The notes beneath the pieces are model-generated. The model made no database searches, was not told the DNA's origin, and saw only the letters and a program-made list of their open reading frames with translations. A stretch of DNA of 64,000 bases from Roseateles sp. (GTDB lineage Bacteria; Pseudomonadota; Gammaproteobacteria; Burkholderiales; Burkholderiaceae_C): contig JAEUPJ010000064.1 of the NCBI GenBank assembly GCA_016790285.1, positions 312-64,311 of the forward strand, given 5' to 3'. Below, piece after piece: positions 30,088 to 38,333 of this stretch (the first letter of the stretch is position 1; every line of letters starts with the position of its first letter). Made by a program: the position numbers and the translations under genes.

Positions 30088-32661
30088 TCAGGTCACGCCC
30101 TGCGCGGCCGCTTGAGGCTCTGCGTGGCTGGCTGCGCGCACGAGGTCCTGCACGACCTCGGCAAGCCGCCCCGGCGCGAGCGGCTTGTGCGCCACATAGA
30201 CCCGGGCCCGCGCCGCCTGGATGGCGACGGCCGCATCCATGTCGCCGGTGACCAGCAGCGCCGGCAGCGTCGGCGCTCGCAAGGCCCCGCGCAACTGCGT
30301 GAGCTCATCGAGCCCGTTGAGGCTGCCCAGGTGCAGGTCGCTGAGGAGCAGCGACAGCGGGGGGCGTGTCGGGTCGAGCGAGTTCTTCAGGGCGGCGGCG
30401 TCCGCCGCTGCGTAGACGGTGTAGCCCCAGCGCCGCAACAGCGCCGCCGTGGCTTCGCGCACGTCGGCATCGTCCTCCAGCAGGCCGATCACGCAACCTT
30501 GCGGCGCGTCCGCCCTGGCGGCGGCCTGTGCGACAAGCCTGGCGGCCCCATCGGCCGCGAGCGGCAGTTGCAGCGTCGCCGTCGTGCCCTGGCCCGGCGG
30601 GGAGACCAGCGACAACGGGTGGCCCAGCAGCTCGGCCGCGCGCCGCACGATGGACAGGCCGATGCCCAGCCCCTCCGCGGCCTTCGTCGGGTTGAGCCGC
30701 ACGTGGTCGCGAAAGACCTCTTCGAGCTTGTCGGGCGGGATGCCGGGGCCGCTGTCCTGCACGTTCAGCAGCACGGTGTGGCTGCCGCGCTCCAGGCTCA
30801 CGCGCACGTGGCCCGTGTCGGTGTACTTGATGGCGTTGGAGACGAGGTTGAAGACGATGCGGCGCAACAGGTGGCGGTCCGAGACGACCTCGCCCTCGGC
30901 CGGCGTCACGTGCAGCGTCAGGCCTTTGCGCTGGGCCAGCCCACCGAAATGCAGCGTCACCTCGTGCAGCAGCTCGGCGAGCGACACAGGGCCGGTGTGG
31001 GGCGTGTACTGCCCGTTGTCGAGCCGGCCCAGGTCCATCAGCGCGTCGAGCATGTCGCTGAGCGACGCGGTGCTGCGCCGCACGCTCTGCAGCCAGGCGC
31101 CAAACCTTGACGGGTCGCGCCTGGCGTCGTCACCCAGCTCCGCCAGCATGCCCAGGGCGTGCGCGGGTTGGCGCAGGTCATGGCAGGCGGCCGCCAGCAG
31201 CCGGATGCGTGAAGCGCTGCGCTGCTCGAGTTCGCCGTTGCGCTGCGCCAGTTCGGCCGAGACGCTGGCCAGGCGCCGGCCACGGCGCACGGCCATGCCC
31301 AGGGCCACTGCCGCGAGGGCCCCGCCTAGCAGCGCGATGCCAAAGGCCACGACCCAGCCGCGCTGGCGCTCGGCCTGCAGTTCGGCCTCGGCCTTGAGCT
31401 GCGTGTTCTCCTTGTCCTTGGCGGCGACGTTGAGCTTTTCCTGCAGTTCGATGCGCGCGGTTTCGCCTGCCAGGCGTTGCACTTCTTCGGCTGCTTGGTT
31501 GGCGTCCTTCAAGGCCGCCAGAGCCGCTTCGTGTCGGCCGAATCTCTCGAAGAACTTCGAAATGGCCAGCTTGTAGACGCGCGTGGGTTGCGGGCCGAAC
31601 TCCGATCGGTCAGCGAGCAGCCCGTTCAGCTGCTGGACCTCGCGCAGGCCGAGCGCAAAGGCTTTCGCCGTGCCGACATTGGTGAGAATCTCCAACGTCA
31701 CGCGGCTTCTGAATCCCGAGATCGTCTTGGCGGGTGCGTCAAACCGCCGGCTTTCCTCCAGCAGGGCCAGTGCCTCGGAGTAGCGATGCGCGCGATCGAG
31801 CGCGCGGGCGAACGAGATCAGGGTGAAGGCGGAGTCATGCGCGCCCAGCATTCCGCTTCGCACGGCAGGCAAGGCAGCGGCCATGGCCTGGAGCGCCCCG
31901 CTCAGGTCGCCCGCGCTCAACTTGGATCGAAACATCATCGCGTCGAGGTTCGCGCGCAAGGCAGCAAACTCGGAATCTCTCAATTCGTGGCTTGCACTTT
32001 CCAGAAGCGCGTTCAGTCTTGCCGAGCGAGGATCGGCGCGCAGGGTGGCCTGGACGATGTCGACCATGCAGTAGCCGCGCTGGAAGGGAGCGATGACGTA
32101 GTTCAACTGCGCTGCCCGAACTTCGATGGCGTCATTGAAGCGATTGGCGCTGAGCAAACCCATGACTTTGGTTTCCAGGACGAAGAACTTTCGTGCCGGG
32201 TCTCCCAACTGCAGCGCCAGTGCCTGCAGGTCCTCGGTGCTCATCAGGCCAGGGCATTTGTGTGGCCACGTGTTGCTGGCGGCCGCGACGGCGACATCGA
32301 AAAGCTCACGAACGTAATCCGGGCCTGCCGATTTGGCCGTCTCGATGTGGTCCTTGGCGGCGTTGCATTCCAGCAGGGCCGCATCGGCCACGAGCAGGTA
32401 CCACGCGGCGGCCCGCAAGCGACTGCGGACGTTGCCCGCCCGCTGGGCCTCGCTCAGCTCGGCAAATGCCGTTCGTTGCGCCAGCCCGCGATCGCGCATG
32501 GCTGAGCCGAAGTACCCCATGACGAACCGCTCACGCCATTCGTGATCGATTCGATCCGCCGCCGGTGGTGGCCCGCCGGCGGCTGCCCCGATCGGGAGCA
32601 GGAGCGCCATCCACAGGCTCCACGCCCCCAGCGCATTTCGTCGTGCATTGCCAGCCGTCAT
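30088..32661 (-). CDS. hybrid sensor histidine kinase/response regulator, paralog 1 (subfamily A)
   Basis: 857 aa. Domain order: signal/TM; about 400 aa of helical periplasmic region starting IDHEWRERFVMGYF; the coiled coil ELQEKLNVAAKDKEN; a TM helix (about 436-457); the H-box AAACHDLRQP (His494); the ATPase motifs NAIKYT, DSGPGIPP and GLGIGL; and a REC domain (Asp775 in LLLSDLHL, Lys826 in HKPL). Confidence 0.9.
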   Translation of the reverse strand: MTAGNARRNALGAWSLWMALLLPIGAAAGGPPPAADRIDHEWRERFVMGYFGSAMRDRGLAQRTAFAELSEAQRAGNVRSRLRAAAWYLLVADAALLECNAAKDHIETAKSAGPDYVRELFDVAVAAASNTWPHKCPGLMSTEDLQALALQLGDPARKFFVLETKVMGLLSANRFNDAIEVRAAQLNYVIAPFQRGYCMVDIVQATLRADPRSARLNALLESASHELRDSEFAALRANLDAMMFRSKLSAGDLSGALQAMAAALPAVRSGMLGAHDSAFTLISFARALDRAHRYSEALALLEESRRFDAPAKTISGFRSRVTLEILTNVGTAKAFALGLREVQQLNGLLADRSEFGPQPTRVYKLAISKFFERFGRHEAALAALKDANQAAEEVQRLAGETARIELQEKLNVAAKDKENTQLKAEAELQAERQRGWVVAFGIALLGGALAAVALGMAVRRGRRLASVSAELAQRNGELEQRSASRIRLLAAACHDLRQPAHALGMLAELGDDARRDPSRFGAWLQSVRRSTASLSDMLDALMDLGRLDNGQYTPHTGPVSLAELLHEVTLHFGGLAQRKGLTLHVTPAEGEVVSDRHLLRRIVFNLVSNAIKYTDTGHVRVSLERGSHTVLLNVQDSGPGIPPDKLEEVFRDHVRLNPTKAAEGLGIGLSIVRRAAELLGHPLSLVSPPGQGTTATLQLPLAADGAARLVAQAAARADAPQGCVIGLLEDDADVREATAALLRRWGYTVYAAADAAALKNSLDPTRPPLSLLLSDLHLGSLNGLDELTQLRGALRAPTLPALLVTGDMDAAVAIQAARARVYVAHKPLAPGRLAEVVQDLVRAASHAEPQAAAQGVT

Positions 32662-32902
32662 CCTCAGCCCCTCGCCGCCACGCTGTTGCCGCGCGATGTC
32701 TTGAAGGCGCGGTGGCCCATGTGGCCGTTGCGCCCGTCGTGGCGAAGCCTCTCACTGCGGGAGCAGGGCTGGCAGACCGCGATCGGGGTGTGGGGATCGC
32801 TTCGTGGTTTGGCGGCGTCGTGCTACCGCGCTACTGCATCCGGCATGCGCACGCGGCCCCTCGTGTCGGGCGTTCTGCACTTCGCGCAGCCCGTCATGCC
32901 CG

Positions 32903-35479
32903 CTAGTGCCGCGCCTTGCGCTTCTTGAAGGCCTCCCTCCACGTGTGCGCTGAGGGAGGGAGGCTTGGCGACGGCGCGGCGGCGCTGGGGGCGGACATCA
33001 GCTCCTTCACCAGCGCGTTCAGCTTGCTGGGGGCCAGCGGCTTGTGGGCAAGGTAGGCCCGGGCGATGGCTGCCTTGGCGGTGAGGGCGGTGTCCAGGTC
33101 GCCCGTCACCAGCAGTGCGGGCAGGTCTGGCGCATGCAGGGCTTCTCGCACGGTGGCAATGGCGTCCAGGCCGTTCGAGCCCACAAGGTGCAGGTCGGTG
33201 ATCAGCAGGTCAGGCGTGAACGGCCCCGCGGGCGATTCGGCCAGCAGGCTGCCAGCGTCGCTGGCGGCCCGCACGGTGTAGCCCCAGGAGCGCAGCAACG
33301 CGGCCATCGCGTCGCGAACGTCCACGTCGTCCTCGATCAGCGCGATGTGGCCGCTGCGGGATCGCGGCCTGGCGTCGATGGCGGCGGCGGGGATCTCAGG
33401 GGCGCCGGCCTCGCTGAACGGGAGCTGCAGGCTCACGGCCGTGCCCTCGCCCGGGGACGACGCGAACGTGAGCTCGTGCCCCAGCAGCGCGGCGGCACGG
33501 CGCACGATGGGCAGGCCGATGCCCAGGCCTTCGCCCCCCTTGATCGGGTTCAGGCGCACATAGTCGCAAAAGACATCGTCCAGCTTCTCCGGCGGGATGC
33601 CGGGGCCGCTGTCGCGAACGGTGAGCTGCAGGCCGTTCGCCACCAGGTGCGCGTCCACGCGCACGAAGCCGGTGTCCGTGTACCGGATGCCGTTGGACAC
33701 GAGGTTGAAGAGGATCCGCCGCAGCAGGGCGCGGTCGGAGAGCACATGACCCTGGACAGGTGACACCTCCAGGGTCAGGCCCTTGCGCCGGGCCAGGTTG
33801 CCGAAGTGCAGCTTGACGTCATGCAGCACGTCGGGCAGCGAGACGTCACCGAGCTGAGGGGTGTAGTGGCCGCTGTCGAGGCGGCCCAGGTCCATCAGCT
33901 CGTCGAGCATCTCCGCGAGTGACGCCGCGCTGCGACGCACGCTGTGCAACCAGTCGGTGAAGAGCGGTGCGCTGGGCTGCACGTCGCCACCCAGCTCGGT
34001 CAGCATGCCCAGCGCATGCACGGGCTGGCGCAGGTCGTGGCATGCGGCGGTGAGCATGGCACTGCGCTGCTTGAGGTCGGCCGTGACCATGGCCAGGCGC
34101 CTGCCACGTCGAACCGCCATCGTGAGTGCGCCGGCGGCGCACGCCACGCCACAGGCCGAGACGGCGAAGGCGATGATCCAGCCACGCTGGCGCGCCTCCT
34201 GAAGCTCGGCCAGGCTCTTGAGCTCGGCGTTCTCCTTGTCCTTGGCCGCCACGTTGAGCTTTTCCTGCAGCTCGATGCGCGCCTTCTCGTTGGCCACCTT
34301 CTGCTGCGCATCCGAGGCGCGGTTGGCGTCCTTGAGGGCCGCGAGGGCGGCTTCGTACCTGCCGAACTTCTCGAAGAACGTGGAGATGGCCTGCCGGGCT
34401 CCCTTCGCCGATTGCGGCCCGAAGTAGGCGGTGTCCTCGAGCAGGGATTCCATGTGCCGCACCACCTGCACGCCGCTGTCGTAGGCGTTATGCGTTCCCA
34501 GGGCGGCATAGGTCTCCAGCAGCGTGCGGCTGCGTGACATGCTCACCTGCTTGCTGTTCATGCCGAAGGCCCGGCTTCGGGCCAGCAGCTCCAAGGCCCG
34601 TTGCGGCTCGCCATGGCGTGCGTAGTGGCGGGCGAACAGCATCAGGTAGAAGGCCGAGTCCCGCTCGCCGGGCACGGCATTGAGCATGCCCGGCAGGGCG
34701 CGCTGCATGTATTGGCGCGCCGCAGCTGTCTGATGAGCACTGGCGGCGGCGCGATGCAGCATCCCGAGCACGTGCAGGTGCAGGGCCTCGAAGGCCTGGG
34801 TGTCGGTCAGCTTCAGCGCCGCCTGCAGCAGCCCATCGGCATGGTTGATCTCAGGGTTGGCGTTGAGCTCGGCCTGCGCGCGAGCCAGCAGCGAGTAGGC
34901 ACGCTGGCTGTCGGTGATGGCGTAGTCGAGTTGGCGGGCGGCAAGCTCGATGAGCTCGTTGAAGCGGTTGGCACGCAAGGCGGTCTGCACCCGCGCCTCG
35001 AGCACGAAGTACTGCCGCGCCGGGTCGCCCAGCCCGCGCGCCAGGGTCTCGATCTCGGCCTGGCTCAGAAGGCCGCGGCAAGGCTTGCCGGAAGCGCTGA
35101 TCATCGCGGCGACGGCGACGTCGAACAGCTCGGAGGGGTAGGCTTGGCCAGCAGCCCGCGCTTCGCTGAGGGATTCGTCAAGCACCTGGCAGTTGTCGGC
35201 GTCATCTTCCATGGCCATGAAGTGCCGCGCCGCAGCCCGAAGCCGGGCGCGTGTATCCGGGCTTTGGCGGGTGGCTTCGAACTCGGCAAGCGCCTTCTTC
35301 TGGGCCTGGCCGCGGTTGCGGAAGATGTCGGCGAAGTAGCCCATGACGAAGCGCTCGCGCCATTCGCGGTCGATGCGCTCGACAGGCCTGTCGGTGGCGT
35401 GCACGCAGATGTGCCCGGCCAGCAGCAGGATCAGGCCCGCAGTGCGCATGCCTTTCGCCAGGCGAGCGTTCATCGCCAT
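32903..35479 (-). CDS. hybrid sensor histidine kinase/response regulator, paralog 2 (subfamily B)
   Basis: Same architecture as paralog 1, with IDREWRERFVMGYF, LTAACHDLRQPVHALGMLTELG and ITDLHL. The TM-to-H-box linker is 11 residues shorter. The C-terminal tail is ...HTWREAFKKRKARH. Confidence 0.9.
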   Translation of the reverse strand: MAMNARLAKGMRTAGLILLLAGHICVHATDRPVERIDREWRERFVMGYFADIFRNRGQAQKKALAEFEATRQSPDTRARLRAAARHFMAMEDDADNCQVLDESLSEARAAGQAYPSELFDVAVAAMISASGKPCRGLLSQAEIETLARGLGDPARQYFVLEARVQTALRANRFNELIELAARQLDYAITDSQRAYSLLARAQAELNANPEINHADGLLQAALKLTDTQAFEALHLHVLGMLHRAAASAHQTAAARQYMQRALPGMLNAVPGERDSAFYLMLFARHYARHGEPQRALELLARSRAFGMNSKQVSMSRSRTLLETYAALGTHNAYDSGVQVVRHMESLLEDTAYFGPQSAKGARQAISTFFEKFGRYEAALAALKDANRASDAQQKVANEKARIELQEKLNVAAKDKENAELKSLAELQEARQRGWIIAFAVSACGVACAAGALTMAVRRGRRLAMVTADLKQRSAMLTAACHDLRQPVHALGMLTELGGDVQPSAPLFTDWLHSVRRSAASLAEMLDELMDLGRLDSGHYTPQLGDVSLPDVLHDVKLHFGNLARRKGLTLEVSPVQGHVLSDRALLRRILFNLVSNGIRYTDTGFVRVDAHLVANGLQLTVRDSGPGIPPEKLDDVFCDYVRLNPIKGGEGLGIGLPIVRRAAALLGHELTFASSPGEGTAVSLQLPFSEAGAPEIPAAAIDARPRSRSGHIALIEDDVDVRDAMAALLRSWGYTVRAASDAGSLLAESPAGPFTPDLLITDLHLVGSNGLDAIATVREALHAPDLPALLVTGDLDTALTAKAAIARAYLAHKPLAPSKLNALVKELMSAPSAAAPSPSLPPSAHTWREAFKKRKARH

Positions 35480-35609
35480 CGTCTAGGGCCCTTTCATGCC
35501 GGGGTGAGCAGAGCGTGCGGGGCTTTGCCACCACGCGCGCAGGGCAGCGTGTCATGGTTCAAGGGGGATCCCCATGCCCCACCCGGACAGGGGATGGCCG
35601 GGCGTCCGT

Positions 35610-38177
35610 TCAGGTGGCGGGCCCAGGCGGGTGGCCCGTGCGAGCGGAAGGGGAGCGGATGTGCGTCTTTACCAGCTCTGAGAGCTTGGCTGGCGCCAAG
35701 GGCTTGTGCGTGACGTGCACGCCGGCGTCGGCAGCCAGCGGCGAGATGGCCGTGTCCATGTCGCCTGTGACGAGCAGCGCTGGCAGCTCGGGGTCACGGA
35801 GGGCCTCGCGCAGGCGGTTCACTTCCTGCAGGCCGTCGCTGTTGTGCAGGTGCAGGTCAGTGATGATCAAGCCAGGGTGGTGTTGCTGAGCGGTGATCTC
35901 GGCAAGCACGGTCTGCGCGTCGCTGCCGAGGTGCACCACGTAGCCCCAGCGCCGCAGCAGCGCGGCCATCGCCTCGCAGACGTCGGCGTCGTCTTCCAGC
36001 AATGCGATCACGCCTCCCACGCAAGCGGTTGGCGCGGCCCGCGCCGGCCCGGGGCTGGTGGGTGGAGCCGGGCGGCGGGGCAGGTGCAGCGACGCCGTCG
36101 TGCCCTTGCCCGGCGGGGAGACCAGGGCGAGCTCGTGGCCGAGCAGCTCGGCCGCGCGCCGCACGATGGACAGCCCGATGCCCAGCCCCTCTTCCGCCTT
36201 GTTGGGGTTCAGGCGCACGTAGTCGCGGAAGATGTCGTCGAGCTTGTCGGGGGGGATGCCGGGGCCGCTGTCTTGCACGGTCAGCTCCAAGGCGTCGCCC
36301 TCCGGGTGGACATCCACCCGAACGACGCCCTCGTCGGTGTACTTCACGGCGTTGGCGACGAGATTGAAGATGATCCGGCGCAGCAGGTGCCTGTCCGAGA
36401 CGACATGGACTTCGGTGGTTGCCACCTGCAGGCTCAATCCCTTGCGCTGGGCCGGGCCGCTGAACTGCTGCATCACGTCGTGCAGCAGTTCAGCCAGCGG
36501 CACGTCGCTGAGCTGGGGCGTGTACCTGCCACCGTCCAGCCGCCCCAGGTCCATCAGTTCGTCCAGCCTGTCGCTGAGTGAATCGGCGCTGCGGCGCACA
36601 CTCTGCAGCCAGGCGCTGAAGCGGGCGGGCTCGCGCTTGGCGTCGTGGCCCAGCTCGGCCAGCATGCCCAGGGCGTGGGCGGGCTGACGCAGGTCGTGGC
36701 AGGCCGCAGCGAGCAACCGGATGCGTGAGGCGCTGCGATGCTCGAGCTCGGTGTTGCGCAGTTCCAGCTCGGCGGAGAGCCGGGCCAGCTGCCGCCCGCG
36801 TCGAACGGCCGTCCCGAGCGCTGCTGCAGTTCCGACCCCGCCCAGCAACGCGATGCCGAGGGCCGCGATCCAGCTGCGCTGGCGTTCGGCCTGAAGCTCG
36901 GCCTGAGCCCTGAGCTGCGAGTTCTCCCTGTCCTTGGCGGCGACCTTGAGCCTTTCCTGCAGTTCCACGCGGGCGGTCTCGCTGGCCAGTCGTTCCAGTT
37001 CTTCGCCCGCCTGGTTGGCCTCCGCCAAGGCGGCCAGTGCGACGTCGTGCTTGCCAAACCTCTCGAAGAACTTCGCGATGGTGATCTTGTGGCTGCGGGT
37101 GTGCTGGGGCCCGAACTCCGCCTTGTCGGCCAACAACCAGCTGAGATGCTGGACTTCGCGTAGGCCATGCGCAAAGGCCTTGGCGGTGCCGAGATTGGTG
37201 AGAACCTCCAACGTCACGCGGCTTCTGAAGGCCGATATCTGCTTGGCGGGCGCATTGAAGTGCTTGCTGTCCTCCAGCAGGGCCAGGGCTTCGCTGGAAC
37301 GATGGGCGCGATCGAGCGCTCGCGCGAAGGAGATCAGCGTGAAAGCGGAGCCGTGCGGGCCCAGGATTCCGCTGCGAACGGCAGGTAGGGCAGCGTCCAT
37401 GATCCGGAGCGCGCCCTTGAGGTCACCCTCAGCTAGTCTGGATCGGAACATCATCACGTCGAGGTTGGTGCGCAATGCTGCGAACTCGGTGCCTGCCAAC
37501 TCGCGGTTCGCGTCTTCCAGCAGCCCGTTGAGTTTGGGCGAGCCGGGGCTGGCGCGCAGGGTCGCTTGGACGAGGTCGACCATGCAGTAGCTGCGCTGAA
37601 AGGCTGCGATCGCGTAGTTCATTTGCGTGGTCCGCACCTCGATGACGTCATTGAAGCGATTGGCGCTCGCCAGGCCCAGGGCTTTGGCTTCCAGGACAAA
37701 GAACTGTCTTGCCGGGTCCCCCAGCTGCAGCGCGAGTGCCTGCAGTTCGCTCGCATCCATCAGGCCAGGGCATCGGTGCGGATACATGTTGCCGGCGGCA
37801 GCCACGCCAACATCGAAGAGCTCGCGGAGATAGGCTGCGCCGGCCGATCTCGCCGCCTCGATGGAGTCCTTGGCCAGTTTGCAATCCAGCAAGGCGGAAT
37901 CAGTCACGAGCAGGTACCGCGCGACGGCGCGCAGCTGGCTGCGCAGATCGCCGGATTGACGCGTTGCCGTCAGTTCGGCCCATGCGTGCCGTTGTGCCAA
38001 CTCGTTGCTGCGCAGGAGTTCCGCGAAGTACCCCATGATGAACCGGTCGCGCCATTCCTGGTCGACGCCGTCCTTGGTTTCGAGAACGGGGGCCATGGTG
38101 GCGGAGACGGGCAGCAACAGGCAGAGCAAGAGTTTGCAGAGCACCGTCCGGGTTGTTCGCGCATGGCCATTCAGCAT
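35610..38177 (-). CDS. hybrid sensor histidine kinase/response regulator, paralog 3 (subfamily A)
   Basis: Same architecture, with VDQEWRDRFIMGYF and RSASRIRLLAAACHDLRQPAHALGMLAELG. The start is ATG 38177; the track ORF begins at a TTG at 38183. Confidence 0.9.
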   Translation of the reverse strand: MLNGHARTTRTVLCKLLLCLLLPVSATMAPVLETKDGVDQEWRDRFIMGYFAELLRSNELAQRHAWAELTATRQSGDLRSQLRAVARYLLVTDSALLDCKLAKDSIEAARSAGAAYLRELFDVGVAAAGNMYPHRCPGLMDASELQALALQLGDPARQFFVLEAKALGLASANRFNDVIEVRTTQMNYAIAAFQRSYCMVDLVQATLRASPGSPKLNGLLEDANRELAGTEFAALRTNLDVMMFRSRLAEGDLKGALRIMDAALPAVRSGILGPHGSAFTLISFARALDRAHRSSEALALLEDSKHFNAPAKQISAFRSRVTLEVLTNLGTAKAFAHGLREVQHLSWLLADKAEFGPQHTRSHKITIAKFFERFGKHDVALAALAEANQAGEELERLASETARVELQERLKVAAKDRENSQLRAQAELQAERQRSWIAALGIALLGGVGTAAALGTAVRRGRQLARLSAELELRNTELEHRSASRIRLLAAACHDLRQPAHALGMLAELGHDAKREPARFSAWLQSVRRSADSLSDRLDELMDLGRLDGGRYTPQLSDVPLAELLHDVMQQFSGPAQRKGLSLQVATTEVHVVSDRHLLRRIIFNLVANAVKYTDEGVVRVDVHPEGDALELTVQDSGPGIPPDKLDDIFRDYVRLNPNKAEEGLGIGLSIVRRAAELLGHELALVSPPGKGTTASLHLPRRPAPPTSPGPARAAPTACVGGVIALLEDDADVCEAMAALLRRWGYVVHLGSDAQTVLAEITAQQHHPGLIITDLHLHNSDGLQEVNRLREALRDPELPALLVTGDMDTAISPLAADAGVHVTHKPLAPAKLSELVKTHIRSPSARTGHPPGPAT

Positions 38178-38333
38178 CGTCAACTCCTGATTGCCGCCCT
38201 GCTTTTAAGCGATGCAGTCACCGGTGCCGCGGCGCGCGATGCGCTCGCACGGCTGCCCCACGCTGCAGTGAAGCGAGGGCCCCTCCCAGCACGCACCCGG
38301 TCAGTCGCCCGGGATGGGTGCAGCAGACCTTGT

